This document shows, piece after piece, positions 16,828 to 24,565 of a stretch of 64,000 nt of DNA (its first letter is position 1; each line of letters starts with the position of its first letter). The position numbers and the translations under genes are program-made. Below the pieces are notes generated by a model that was not told where the DNA came from, searched no databases, and saw only the letters and a list, made by a program, of their open reading frames with translations. Source of the DNA: Escherichia phage ime; sequence record MN850576.1, one strand, 5' to 3'.

Positions 16828-18810
16828 TTATTTGGTGTTATTCTTTGCGTCGATCAGTTCACGGTATTCAATCATAGCAGGAGTGTCCCAATATTTCAAG
16901 CCCACATGCTTCAAAAGTGGATATTTCTTTTCCAATCTTGCAATATAGGCCTTCCCGCACTTGACTCGGTTGGCGATTAAGATTTTGGCACGATGATTTA
17001 GCTCACTGTGCTTCCACGCGGTGTTACCTTCCCACTTGTGGAAATGTGGCCGATAATTTCCAAAATCTTGCATGGGGATAATTTTCCCTAATTGTCTATA
17101 CAGGCTGTCATATGAAGTTTCATTTGCTGCGCGAGTCAGTAAGAATTTCCAGGCGTCCTCTTTCAACAAATGTTCCACATTTTTCTCTGTAACATACTGG
17201 CAATCAGGATCAGTCCAAAGCAGACGAGATTCTGATACCAGGTACAGATCTTCCCCTTCAGGAATCTGGAGTGCCGCACGCACACGGTCATAATTTTGCT
17301 GGTAGATGTTACTTAGCTGTCCCAGCCAACAACTTCCACGTTGGATATCACCCTCATAAGGAATGCAGTGCTTAATCTTCTTGAACTCTGCCTTAGTAAT
17401 ACGTTCACGACGGAAGTAACCATCCTTCTCAAGCTTTTTAACCCAATAACCTGGCTCGTAATGAGTTTTTGTTTCACCTTTCTTCGCAGGTCGGCGAGGG
17501 AGCTCTGATAACAATTTGACAGTATCTGCAAAGAACGGATGGTGTGCCGCCTCTTTAAACTCTTTCACCAGATCCGTGTTCCGGCAATAGAAAACGTTGC
17601 GTCCGGTGATTTCGCTTAAGTAGTTACACTTATTTCGGTTATATTTACCATCTCCGTCGTTAAATACAAGGTATACACCTCGTAAGAACTCCGACTTTCC
17701 GTAACGAGCATAGCCTATGCGGTCTTTATTTAAGCCGCCAGCGAAAATTTCACAATCGCCTAAGTCGCCAAGCCCTGTTTCTTCCCAACGGTTCCACATA
17801 AAGTTTTTGCCGAAGATGTGTCCGAACACTCCACTATTCTTCATCATTTCACGTGCTTCTGCGGAGGTTTTTGCCGTCTCCAGTTCTGCAATAACTTCTG
17901 CCCCGCGAAGACGTATACCTTCTTTGACAAAGGCCTCCAGGCGATCCTGGAATCCACCGTCGTCATGGCCCTCTATGGTCCATTCACGCCCAGGGTTAAT
18001 ATTGCAATCCCCAATAGGAATTTCCACGCAGATTGCAGGGTAATCGGTCAATGTCTCCAGGAACTTGGAGCGGTAAGGTTGGTGACCCATCACAACACGG
18101 CTCTCATCAGAACTGGTATAACCTTTCAGGATGGTCATTTTCCAGCCATCCTTCTCGTAATGATACTGTGCCTCAACCTTGTCACCTTCTAACATCTTAC
18201 TGGTCATAGGATCGGTGACGATGAACGGAAACTTCGCATAGCGTAAGCACGATGCAATAGCAGTGCGATATTTCAGGACATGCTCTTTCTTAACATGGAA
18301 CTGAACTTTTACCCCGTTGTGCTCTTCAGTCTTCCGCTCACGGATCTTGGTAACGTTTGGGATACCCTGATCCAAGAACAATAGATATGTGCTTTCAACA
18401 CCATTGTGCACACTGATAACATCGAAAGTGTCCACCATACTGAACGGAGCCTTTGAACCAACACCTTTATTACCTACCAGAGCGTTGCTGTTGCGCTTGG
18501 TTGACTCCCCGAGATTCATGAAAGTGTTGCGGACCATCTCTTCTGACATGCCCAATCCAACGTCCTGCACAAAGAAGTATGGTTCAAGGTCTGTAGGAGA
18601 GTGAATGATGATCGGTACATCACCCCGTCCAGACTCAACATGGGAGTCCACAGCATTGAAGATTGGTTCACGGCAGCTTGCCAGCACCTTATCTTCGTAA
18701 ATCCCTTTAATGATTAGCCCAAAAGTCTCTTTGTTCAGAGAAATTGAGCCCCTGGTGACCTCCATATTTCCGGTCAGCACTGCTTTAGTTTCATTACTGT
18801 TTACAATCAT
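16828..18810 (-). CDS. GHKL-superfamily ATPase (Hsp90/MORC-like Bergerat fold) with large uncharacterised C-terminal region
   Basis: 660 aa; N-box EPIFNAVDS, G1 box VQDVGLGM, NLGESTK and G2 VGNKGVGSK in GHKL order; about 480 aa downstream with no recognisable motif. Confidence 0.6.
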   Translation of the reverse strand: MIVNSNETKAVLTGNMEVTRGSISLNKETFGLIIKGIYEDKVLASCREPIFNAVDSHVESGRGDVPIIIHSPTDLEPYFFVQDVGLGMSEEMVRNTFMNLGESTKRNSNALVGNKGVGSKAPFSMVDTFDVISVHNGVESTYLLFLDQGIPNVTKIRERKTEEHNGVKVQFHVKKEHVLKYRTAIASCLRYAKFPFIVTDPMTSKMLEGDKVEAQYHYEKDGWKMTILKGYTSSDESRVVMGHQPYRSKFLETLTDYPAICVEIPIGDCNINPGREWTIEGHDDGGFQDRLEAFVKEGIRLRGAEVIAELETAKTSAEAREMMKNSGVFGHIFGKNFMWNRWEETGLGDLGDCEIFAGGLNKDRIGYARYGKSEFLRGVYLVFNDGDGKYNRNKCNYLSEITGRNVFYCRNTDLVKEFKEAAHHPFFADTVKLLSELPRRPAKKGETKTHYEPGYWVKKLEKDGYFRRERITKAEFKKIKHCIPYEGDIQRGSCWLGQLSNIYQQNYDRVRAALQIPEGEDLYLVSESRLLWTDPDCQYVTEKNVEHLLKEDAWKFLLTRAANETSYDSLYRQLGKIIPMQDFGNYRPHFHKWEGNTAWKHSELNHRAKILIANRVKCGKAYIARLEKKYPLLKHVGLKYWDTPAMIEYRELIDAKNNTK

Positions 18811-19307
18811 TTATTGCGCTCCTTGTAGTAGATATGGCTCCCGAATTGAGCTGTCCTCTGCATCTTTTTTGCCCATTTCGGTCGTACTTTGGTTGTATGG
18901 TAGTGTGTTGCTCCACCTGTTATGTCCATAGCCATGTATGCAACATGGTTGTTATTATAGACCTTTAGAAGCATCTTTGCAAGACTTTTAGCGTGATCCC
19001 ATGAATCTTTTTCTGTCACCTTAAAAGTTTTGCCGTGGTTTGTCCACGAAAACTGGTTAGGTTGGTAGACAATCTTTCTTATAGTGTCTGGGTATTTAGG
19101 GTGGGATTTCCTGTTTAGTGTGGCAAACCCAGATGCCAGCATACCCATCGTGCCATCTCCTCTAGCTTCCCTGTAGATATTGCATGCCAGAATGTTTTCC
19201 TTAGTATCTGATGGCTTGCAAGTATGATATACTTTTTGTTTTTGTGCTGCAACAACAGGCAGCGATAAAAGTGCGCTCAAAATAATAGCAAAGATCTTAA
19301 TTTTCAC
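18807..19307 (-). CDS. secreted cell-wall hydrolase, SleB family (candidate endolysin)
   Basis: 166 aa; N-terminal signal peptide MKIKIFAIILSALLSLPVVAA; motifs NIYREARGDG ... TLNR ... QF typical of SleB-type hydrolases. Confidence 0.65.
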   Translation of the reverse strand: MKIKIFAIILSALLSLPVVAAQKQKVYHTCKPSDTKENILACNIYREARGDGTMGMLASGFATLNRKSHPKYPDTIRKIVYQPNQFSWTNHGKTFKVTEKDSWDHAKSLAKMLLKVYNNNHVAYMAMDITGGATHYHTTKVRPKWAKKMQRTAQFGSHIYYKERNK

Positions 19308-19317
19308 AATGACTCCA

Positions 19318-19343
19318 AATAGAAAATCCCCGCCGAAGCGGGG
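19318..19343 (-). terminator. rho-independent terminator (minus strand)
   Basis: Minus-strand hairpin CCCCGC-UUCG-GCGGGG followed by AUUUUCU; between gene 19357..19785 and the SleB-like gene. Confidence 0.55.
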
Positions 19344-19356
19344 GAGGTCTTAGAAA

Positions 19357-19785
19357 TTAATCGTAGTGTGCCAAAATCTCTCCATCGTTGCAAGTTCCCT
19401 CTACAAAGTTATGAAGATTCATGCACTCATCTTGATAGAAGAATTTACCGCTTTTCAGCCGTAGGCCAAACAACTCCGCATCTCCACGATGGCAAGCCTC
19501 TACAAGTTCATAGATTTCATACGGCAACTCTCCGTCGTCATGGAAGAATCCAGCCTTATCGTTGACATAAATGAAGAAATAATCACTGCTATCGCAAGCG
19601 TCCAATATTTTAAACCAGACTTCATCTACATCTTTTTCTCGGATATCGATCACGCAAGTGGAGCTGCATTCGTACTCCTTCTCCGGCTCCTCGGTCAATA
19701 CCACCAGGTAGTTTCCCCGCTTACCTACTTTAGCCATACAACCCCCCTTAAGCTTTAGCCAAAATGGCGCTAAACTCTTCACCAA
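19357..19785 (-). CDS. hypothetical protein
   Basis: 142-aa ORF. Confidence 0.5.
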   Translation of the reverse strand: MVKSLAPFWLKLKGGCMAKVGKRGNYLVVLTEEPEKEYECSSTCVIDIREKDVDEVWFKILDACDSSDYFFIYVNDKAGFFHDDGELPYEIYELVEACHRGDAELFGLRLKSGKFFYQDECMNLHNFVEGTCNDGEILAHYD

Positions 19786-20932
19786 ACTCTTTTACAATCT
19801 TCATCAGGTTTGGGTATGCTTTGATCAGCTGAGCAACAATCTTGTCACGCCCTTTACCGATAAGCAAGGCATTTCCTAAGGCATTAGGTTTCATCATCGC
19901 CATAAAGACTGAGAATACAAAATCTCGGTTCTCGTCCTTGAAGTTTTCCCAAAGGAAATCGAGGAAGTTTGCCACGCAGCTGACAAGATCTTCGTCTGAG
20001 ATACTTGCATTTTCCATCATATTGCGAATAGCGATACAACCTTCAGATCCAAGAATCCACAAAATGTCTGGCTGCTTAGGACCTACGTATTCTTTGCAGC
20101 CACCTGCCATAATCCGACCGATTTCCGGTAAATTACGTTTCTTGGTGTGGTAAGTCCAGATCTCTACCGCTGCAGTGTGACCAATAGCACCTTGTAGAAG
20201 AACACGGGCCATAGCGTCAGAAATAATACCGCTGTCAAAATCGTGCAAGATGTCAGATGCAGCAACCCAAGATCGTGGTGTGGCAAAAGATGGACAATTA
20301 ATCTCAGCCATAGCCTCATAATTATCAATAGCTGATGGAACTCTTTTCAGATACCCAATTACAGAGGAGTGAACCCCGTTGAGGAATGCGTAGTCCTCAA
20401 TAAACACCTCTGCATTGCTTGTAACCTCTACAATGATAAAACGGTTAGCCAGAGGGGCTTCGAGCGCCGAAAGAACCGCACCATCTGTAGAACGGTTACC
20501 CGCAGCCACAAAAACAGAACCCTTAGGGAATGCATAGGTGCCGCACTTGTGGTCAAGCATAATTTGCATTGCAACCTTTTGCAGGTAGTTATCTGCATGA
20601 GTGAGCTCATCCAGAAAGATAATTCCGCTCCAGTCAGGATCCGCAGGCCAAAATTCTGGAATTGCAAACACTGTACGTGTAGTTCCATCCGCTTCTACAG
20701 GGATAGGTAGCCCAGATAAGTCGGCAGGATCTTTATCTGACAGTCGCACGTCAACAAGGTTGTCATCTCGCTCACCGAACATATTATCAGCGATCTGCTT
20801 CATCACCTGGCTTTTACCCACACCCATTGGTCCCAAAATTAGGACAGATCGGCTATGACGTTGGGCAAACTGAATAATAGCTGGCAACTCACGGACAGTG
20901 ATTTGACCACTTTCGAATACGTTTCTTGACAT
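19748..20932 (-). CDS. AAA+ ATPase (MoxR/AAA_5-like)
   Basis: 394 aa; Walker A GPMGVGKSQ, Walker B IIFLDELTHA, sensor-like AAGNRS. Confidence 0.7.
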   Translation of the reverse strand: MSRNVFESGQITVRELPAIIQFAQRHSRSVLILGPMGVGKSQVMKQIADNMFGERDDNLVDVRLSDKDPADLSGLPIPVEADGTTRTVFAIPEFWPADPDWSGIIFLDELTHADNYLQKVAMQIMLDHKCGTYAFPKGSVFVAAGNRSTDGAVLSALEAPLANRFIIVEVTSNAEVFIEDYAFLNGVHSSVIGYLKRVPSAIDNYEAMAEINCPSFATPRSWVAASDILHDFDSGIISDAMARVLLQGAIGHTAAVEIWTYHTKKRNLPEIGRIMAGGCKEYVGPKQPDILWILGSEGCIAIRNMMENASISDEDLVSCVANFLDFLWENFKDENRDFVFSVFMAMMKPNALGNALLIGKGRDKIVAQLIKAYPNLMKIVKEFGEEFSAILAKA

Positions 20933-21201
20933 TAGTAAAAGTCCTCTACTTGTGTGTAAGTGTTTTCAAAGTTTTCCAAAACAGATATCACATCGAATCT
21001 GTCAATATCATACGTGACTCTCCAGTTGTACGCAACCCTTTCTGCTGTTGCCTCTTCTGGCGCTAGTCGTCTGCTGGCATAAAAGAGTGTTGGAGTACAC
21101 TTTCTTGCTTGCCCTCTAACTTTCCCATAATAATATCTGTGAATATCTTTGTCAAAATTTAACTCTTTTTCTGCACGAAGTTCATATTGCTGGTATAACA
21201 T
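20932..21201 (-). CDS. hypothetical protein
   Basis: 89-aa ORF. Confidence 0.45.
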   Translation of the reverse strand: MLYQQYELRAEKELNFDKDIHRYYYGKVRGQARKCTPTLFYASRRLAPEEATAERVAYNWRVTYDIDRFDVISVLENFENTYTQVEDFY

Positions 21202-21245
21202 CTCTACTACTCCTTAAGCAGCATCCTTGCCGCCATTCCTGCCCA

Positions 21246-21626
21246 CTAAAATGCAGTCCGAATCCAGACAAGGTTCTTATCTGCCCAATCATAGAGGCAA
21301 GTCATTGCACTATTGAATTGCTCACACGGAGGATAATCTTCTTCCATCTGGCGCATAGCAGAGCCTTGTGGGTAAAGCTCCCGTGCTGCAAACCACGCGT
21401 CGTAGTCATCAACGGTGTCGAAGTAGTATACAACATCCTCTAACTCAGGATCGAACTTTGAACTATCAGGATCCAGTTGTTCAGGGAACTTGGAGCGTAA
21501 CTTGCCAGCCACAATACTTGCCAACTCGCTAACATGCTTATTGTCCCACTCCACTAGCTTCCCGTCTTCAGTGATGCGTCCTAACCACTGATCATGAAGG
21601 TCAACTGTTGTCTTCCACTGAGCCAT
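21246..21626 (-). CDS. hypothetical protein
   Basis: 126-aa ORF. Confidence 0.5.
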   Translation of the reverse strand: MAQWKTTVDLHDQWLGRITEDGKLVEWDNKHVSELASIVAGKLRSKFPEQLDPDSSKFDPELEDVVYYFDTVDDYDAWFAARELYPQGSAMRQMEEDYPPCEQFNSAMTCLYDWADKNLVWIRTAF

Positions 21627-21628
21627 TA

Positions 21629-21889
21629 TCAGTCCACCTCTTCTTCTCGTTGTAGTTCAAGATACCCGTAGGTCTGGACATCTTGAAGGGTGTGGAACTC
21701 CCCCCCCTCTGCCGCTAAGGCACGAACAACTTGGCACAAAACCTTATGAGGAACTTCATCCAAACCTAGATTCAGTGCAGGAAACACCTTATCTAAGTCA
21801 ACAAAATAAACGAACTGTAGCTCACCAGCTTCAAAAGGTGTATCTTCAATAAACATCTTCTCGGCATTAGTCAAGATCTGCACTTTCAT
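21629..21889 (-). CDS. hypothetical protein
   Basis: 86-aa ORF. Confidence 0.45.
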   Translation of the reverse strand: MKVQILTNAEKMFIEDTPFEAGELQFVYFVDLDKVFPALNLGLDEVPHKVLCQVVRALAAEGGEFHTLQDVQTYGYLELQREEEVD

Positions 21890-22245
21890 TATTCTACCTC
21901 CTCTTCTTTTTCTTCGGCATTAGTTTCATGGCTACCCCACTCGGGAGTTTCCACCTCGATAGTAAACTCACGCACTACACGGTAATTGCCCATGAAGCGC
22001 TCTACTTCGTCAAGGCTTATGGAGAGGCCATTGGCAACCAGGTCTGCAGCACCCTCTTCTACCAGGTAGTCCAGATTGGCTTCCAGAGCCTCAGGTTCAA
22101 ACCCTGTCAATGCAATCAGATAACCTTCCCCTTCATCAGGGAGGACAATACAGCCCAATTGATTTTCTTTAAAAAGGCAGTGACCATCATTATTGATTGG
22201 GTGTTCATTGCAGTAAATAGCTGCACGATAAGTAACTTTAGACAT
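21889..22245 (-). CDS. hypothetical protein (N-terminus MSKVTYRA shared with internal segment of 23510..24553)
   Basis: ATG at 22245 has AAGGAG 9 nt upstream; the ORF track instead starts at TTG 22266. Start region lies in a 29-bp inverted repeat. Confidence 0.5.
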   Translation of the reverse strand: MSKVTYRAAIYCNEHPINNDGHCLFKENQLGCIVLPDEGEGYLIALTGFEPEALEANLDYLVEEGAADLVANGLSISLDEVERFMGNYRVVREFTIEVETPEWGSHETNAEEKEEEVE

Positions 22246-22250
22246 CGGTA
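22222..22250. repeat. 29-bp perfect inverted repeat copy A (partner at 24084..24112)
   Basis: Sequence tgcacgataagtaactttagacatcggta is the exact reverse complement of 24084-24112. Confidence 0.85.
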
Positions 22251-22258
22251 AGGTCTCC

Positions 22259-22537
22259 TTAGGCAATTGTCGTTTTACATTCTTGAAATTTTAACACAAG
22301 ACGGTGATTGTGTCTAGTGTCTAAAAAGATTTTTTCAACCATCAGGCACACGGTATAACCGTCAATCTTGTTGACAACAAAATCTCCAGGATGAGGGAGG
22401 ATGTCTCCCGGATTGGGGAAACATAGTCCACTCAGAAAGGCATCGTCAGTGGTGGACTTAATAGATTTCCACACACTGTCTGCCTGAACATGTTCACCGA
22501 CGTAATATACATTACCACATGCCTTCATCATAGTCAA
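22259..22537 (-). CDS. hypothetical protein
   Basis: 92-aa ORF. Confidence 0.45.
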   Translation of the reverse strand: MTMMKACGNVYYVGEHVQADSVWKSIKSTTDDAFLSGLCFPNPGDILPHPGDFVVNKIDGYTVCLMVEKIFLDTRHNHRLVLKFQECKTTIA

Positions 22538-23433
22538 ACCCTCGCATAAATTAAACTTGTATCAGTATACTTCTTTAATGGGTAAATATCCTGTCCATAG
22601 ATGCAATCATTAAACACCTCATCTACCCAAAGGCTACACTTATATCCCATCATTTCTAAAACACCCATCTCTTCTTCGGTAAACTTATCACCGCTCTTGC
22701 AAGATGTCAATACCTCATTCTGAACTCTTGCTACCTCGAAGCGGTTATTGGCAATATCGCTATTGGCGATCAAATACTCACCTAGAGGGTGTGCGGCATT
22801 AAAGATGCACAGTGGACGGCTGACGTAATAGTCTCCAGGTGTATAAAAATTGTTGAGGTCTTTCACTAGAACATTCTTATCAGTCACTTCATTTATAACA
22901 TCATGCATATCGCACATCTTTATATGTTTGAGGATTCCATCCCCCATCACAAAATAAAAACTTGCTGAGACACTTTCGGCATAGATCTTACTAGATCCGT
23001 TGTAGTTGTATTTTACTCGGATGCTAACGGGGGTTTTTCCTGTCGCGTTAGCCATCATCCAAAGAAATGGCAGCTCATACTTCTCCTCTGAGGAAACAAA
23101 AGGTGAGGTAGCCAGAGATCGAAAACCTCCAGAGAAGTTGAAAGTTACAGAACCGCTCCGGCGGTATGATACCGCGTATTCTACTTTTATATCGACATAC
23201 CCATTGGAATAGGTGTGTCCTTCATTATCTAAATATGTCCACTTATCAGACCCAGATACCAATCTACGCTCAATAACCTTCATCACTATAGGAATTAATG
23301 GGTTGGTACAAACCGCTTTTGAAGTAGCTTTATCATCTAAAGCCTCGTAAATTGCAGAAAGGATGTCCCCAGCTGAAAGATTGGTTGTTATGTCCTGTTT
23401 CCACCGCGTACTAAAACTGTTAAGATTTGCCAT
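22534..23433 (-). CDS. hypothetical protein (first gene of leftward operon)
   Basis: 299-aa ORF; AGGAG RBS upstream of ATG 23433; sits downstream of the leftward sigma70-like promoter. Confidence 0.55.
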   Translation of the reverse strand: MANLNSFSTRWKQDITTNLSAGDILSAIYEALDDKATSKAVCTNPLIPIVMKVIERRLVSGSDKWTYLDNEGHTYSNGYVDIKVEYAVSYRRSGSVTFNFSGGFRSLATSPFVSSEEKYELPFLWMMANATGKTPVSIRVKYNYNGSSKIYAESVSASFYFVMGDGILKHIKMCDMHDVINEVTDKNVLVKDLNNFYTPGDYYVSRPLCIFNAAHPLGEYLIANSDIANNRFEVARVQNEVLTSCKSGDKFTEEEMGVLEMMGYKCSLWVDEVFNDCIYGQDIYPLKKYTDTSLIYARV

Positions 23434-23473
23434 AAGTAAGTGCTCCTATGTTAGTTTTCTTTCGAATGGGTGC

Positions 23474-23502
23474 ACTATATTGTGGAGTTAGAGTAAAGTC
23501 AA
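23474..23502 (-). promoter_or_regulatory. sigma70-like promoter, leftward (-35 TTGACT, 17-nt spacer, -10 TATAGT)
   Basis: On the minus strand: TTGACT-N17-TATAGT, about 40 nt upstream of the gene start at 23433. Confidence 0.55.
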
Positions 23503-23509
23503 CACGTTT

Positions 23510-24553
23510 TTGATGTTGACATCTGTTGAGACAATTGATACGATTTCTTCACTTACAGAGCACGAGAGACGACTCATGAATCTTGAAAAATATTATACAC
23601 CAGAAGAGTTAGAGCGCTTGCTCAAAAAATATAGACGCAAACAGAATAACGCACGGAAACGAGATATAGAGTTCGACCTGTCATGGGAAGAATACCTCCT
23701 ATTTGGTAAAAAACTTTTAGGAGATGGAGTATGCGACTATACCCTTATACCTTTTGACATGCACACAGATGAAAACGGGCTGGGGAATCCTTTCTACCCA
23801 TCTCTGGAGCGGATAGATGATGAAGGTCCTTATGCGGTTGATAACTGTTGTGTGGTGGGATTGAGATGCAACTCTCTAAAGGACTGTCTGGTAGATAAAA
23901 AGACTGCAGTCTTGATTAAAGACGAAACTGATCGAAAAATTGTCCAGCAGATGATGCTCCACCTGAGCGAAGAGCGTATGGAGAAATTGAAAGGTGATTA
24001 TACTTTTGAAGATTTCATCTTGCAATATGGAACGGAAGAGGATAAACTAGCACTCTTTGACGAAGAAGAGGAGGAAGATATGCTACCGATGTCTAAAGTT
24101 ACTTATCGTGCACCCAAGAAGCACATTTCCGACATTGTAAACGAGCCTATCACAGAAGAGATTGAAGAAATGACGCAACAGGTGCATGAAGAGGAAAAAG
24201 AGACTCAGGAGGTCGAAGAGGAGCTTACAGAAGAGGTTCCTGCACTACCTGATGATGTTGAGATTGCCAAAGCTTACACTTTCTATTGTCAAACGTTCTA
24301 CGATGTAGGTATGAAAGTTGATCTGTCGTTCAGCCAATTTAAGAGTTCGTATATTCGCAAATGCTGTGCTTTAACTGGTGAACGTCTTGGAGCTGGACTT
24401 AAACCCCTGTTGGTGACCGACTGGAATAAAGGTTTCACTAAAGGAAACTTTATGGTAGTATCTCCAATTATGGAGAAAGCTATGACAGATCTTATGAAGA
24501 CCACCCGCATGACAATGACCGAGTTGGCAGGTATTTTCAAACACGTTAAATAA
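23510..24553 (+). CDS. hypothetical protein with two degenerate HNH (His-Me finger)-like domains
   Basis: 347-aa ORF; two halves share the pattern [FV]DLS...C..TG...[RW]...G[YF]...N..VV...K; the catalytic His appears replaced in both. Start may be ATG 23576 if the promoter at 23516-23544 is used. Confidence 0.5.
   Translation: MMLTSVETIDTISSLTEHERRLMNLEKYYTPEELERLLKKYRRKQNNARKRDIEFDLSWEEYLLFGKKLLGDGVCDYTLIPFDMHTDENGLGNPFYPSLERIDDEGPYAVDNCCVVGLRCNSLKDCLVDKKTAVLIKDETDRKIVQQMMLHLSEERMEKLKGDYTFEDFILQYGTEEDKLALFDEEEEEDMLPMSKVTYRAPKKHISDIVNEPITEEIEEMTQQVHEEEKETQEVEEELTEEVPALPDDVEIAKAYTFYCQTFYDVGMKVDLSFSQFKSSYIRKCCALTGERLGAGLKPLLVTDWNKGFTKGNFMVVSPIMEKAMTDLMKTTRMTMTELAGIFKHVK
23516..23544 (+). promoter_or_regulatory. 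sigma70-like promoter, rightward (-35 TTGACA, 17-nt spacer, -10 TACGAT)
   Basis: TTGACA at 23516-23521, 17-nt spacer, TACGAT at 23539-23544; divergent from the leftward promoter. Confidence 0.5.
24084..24112. repeat. 29-bp perfect inverted repeat copy B (partner at 22222..22250)
   Basis: taccgatgtctaaagttacttatcgtgca; encodes LPMSKVTYRA in the interdomain linker of ORF 23510..24553 and follows a GAGGAGGA and ATG. Confidence 0.85.
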
Positions 24554-24565
24554 TGACAGGGGCCA

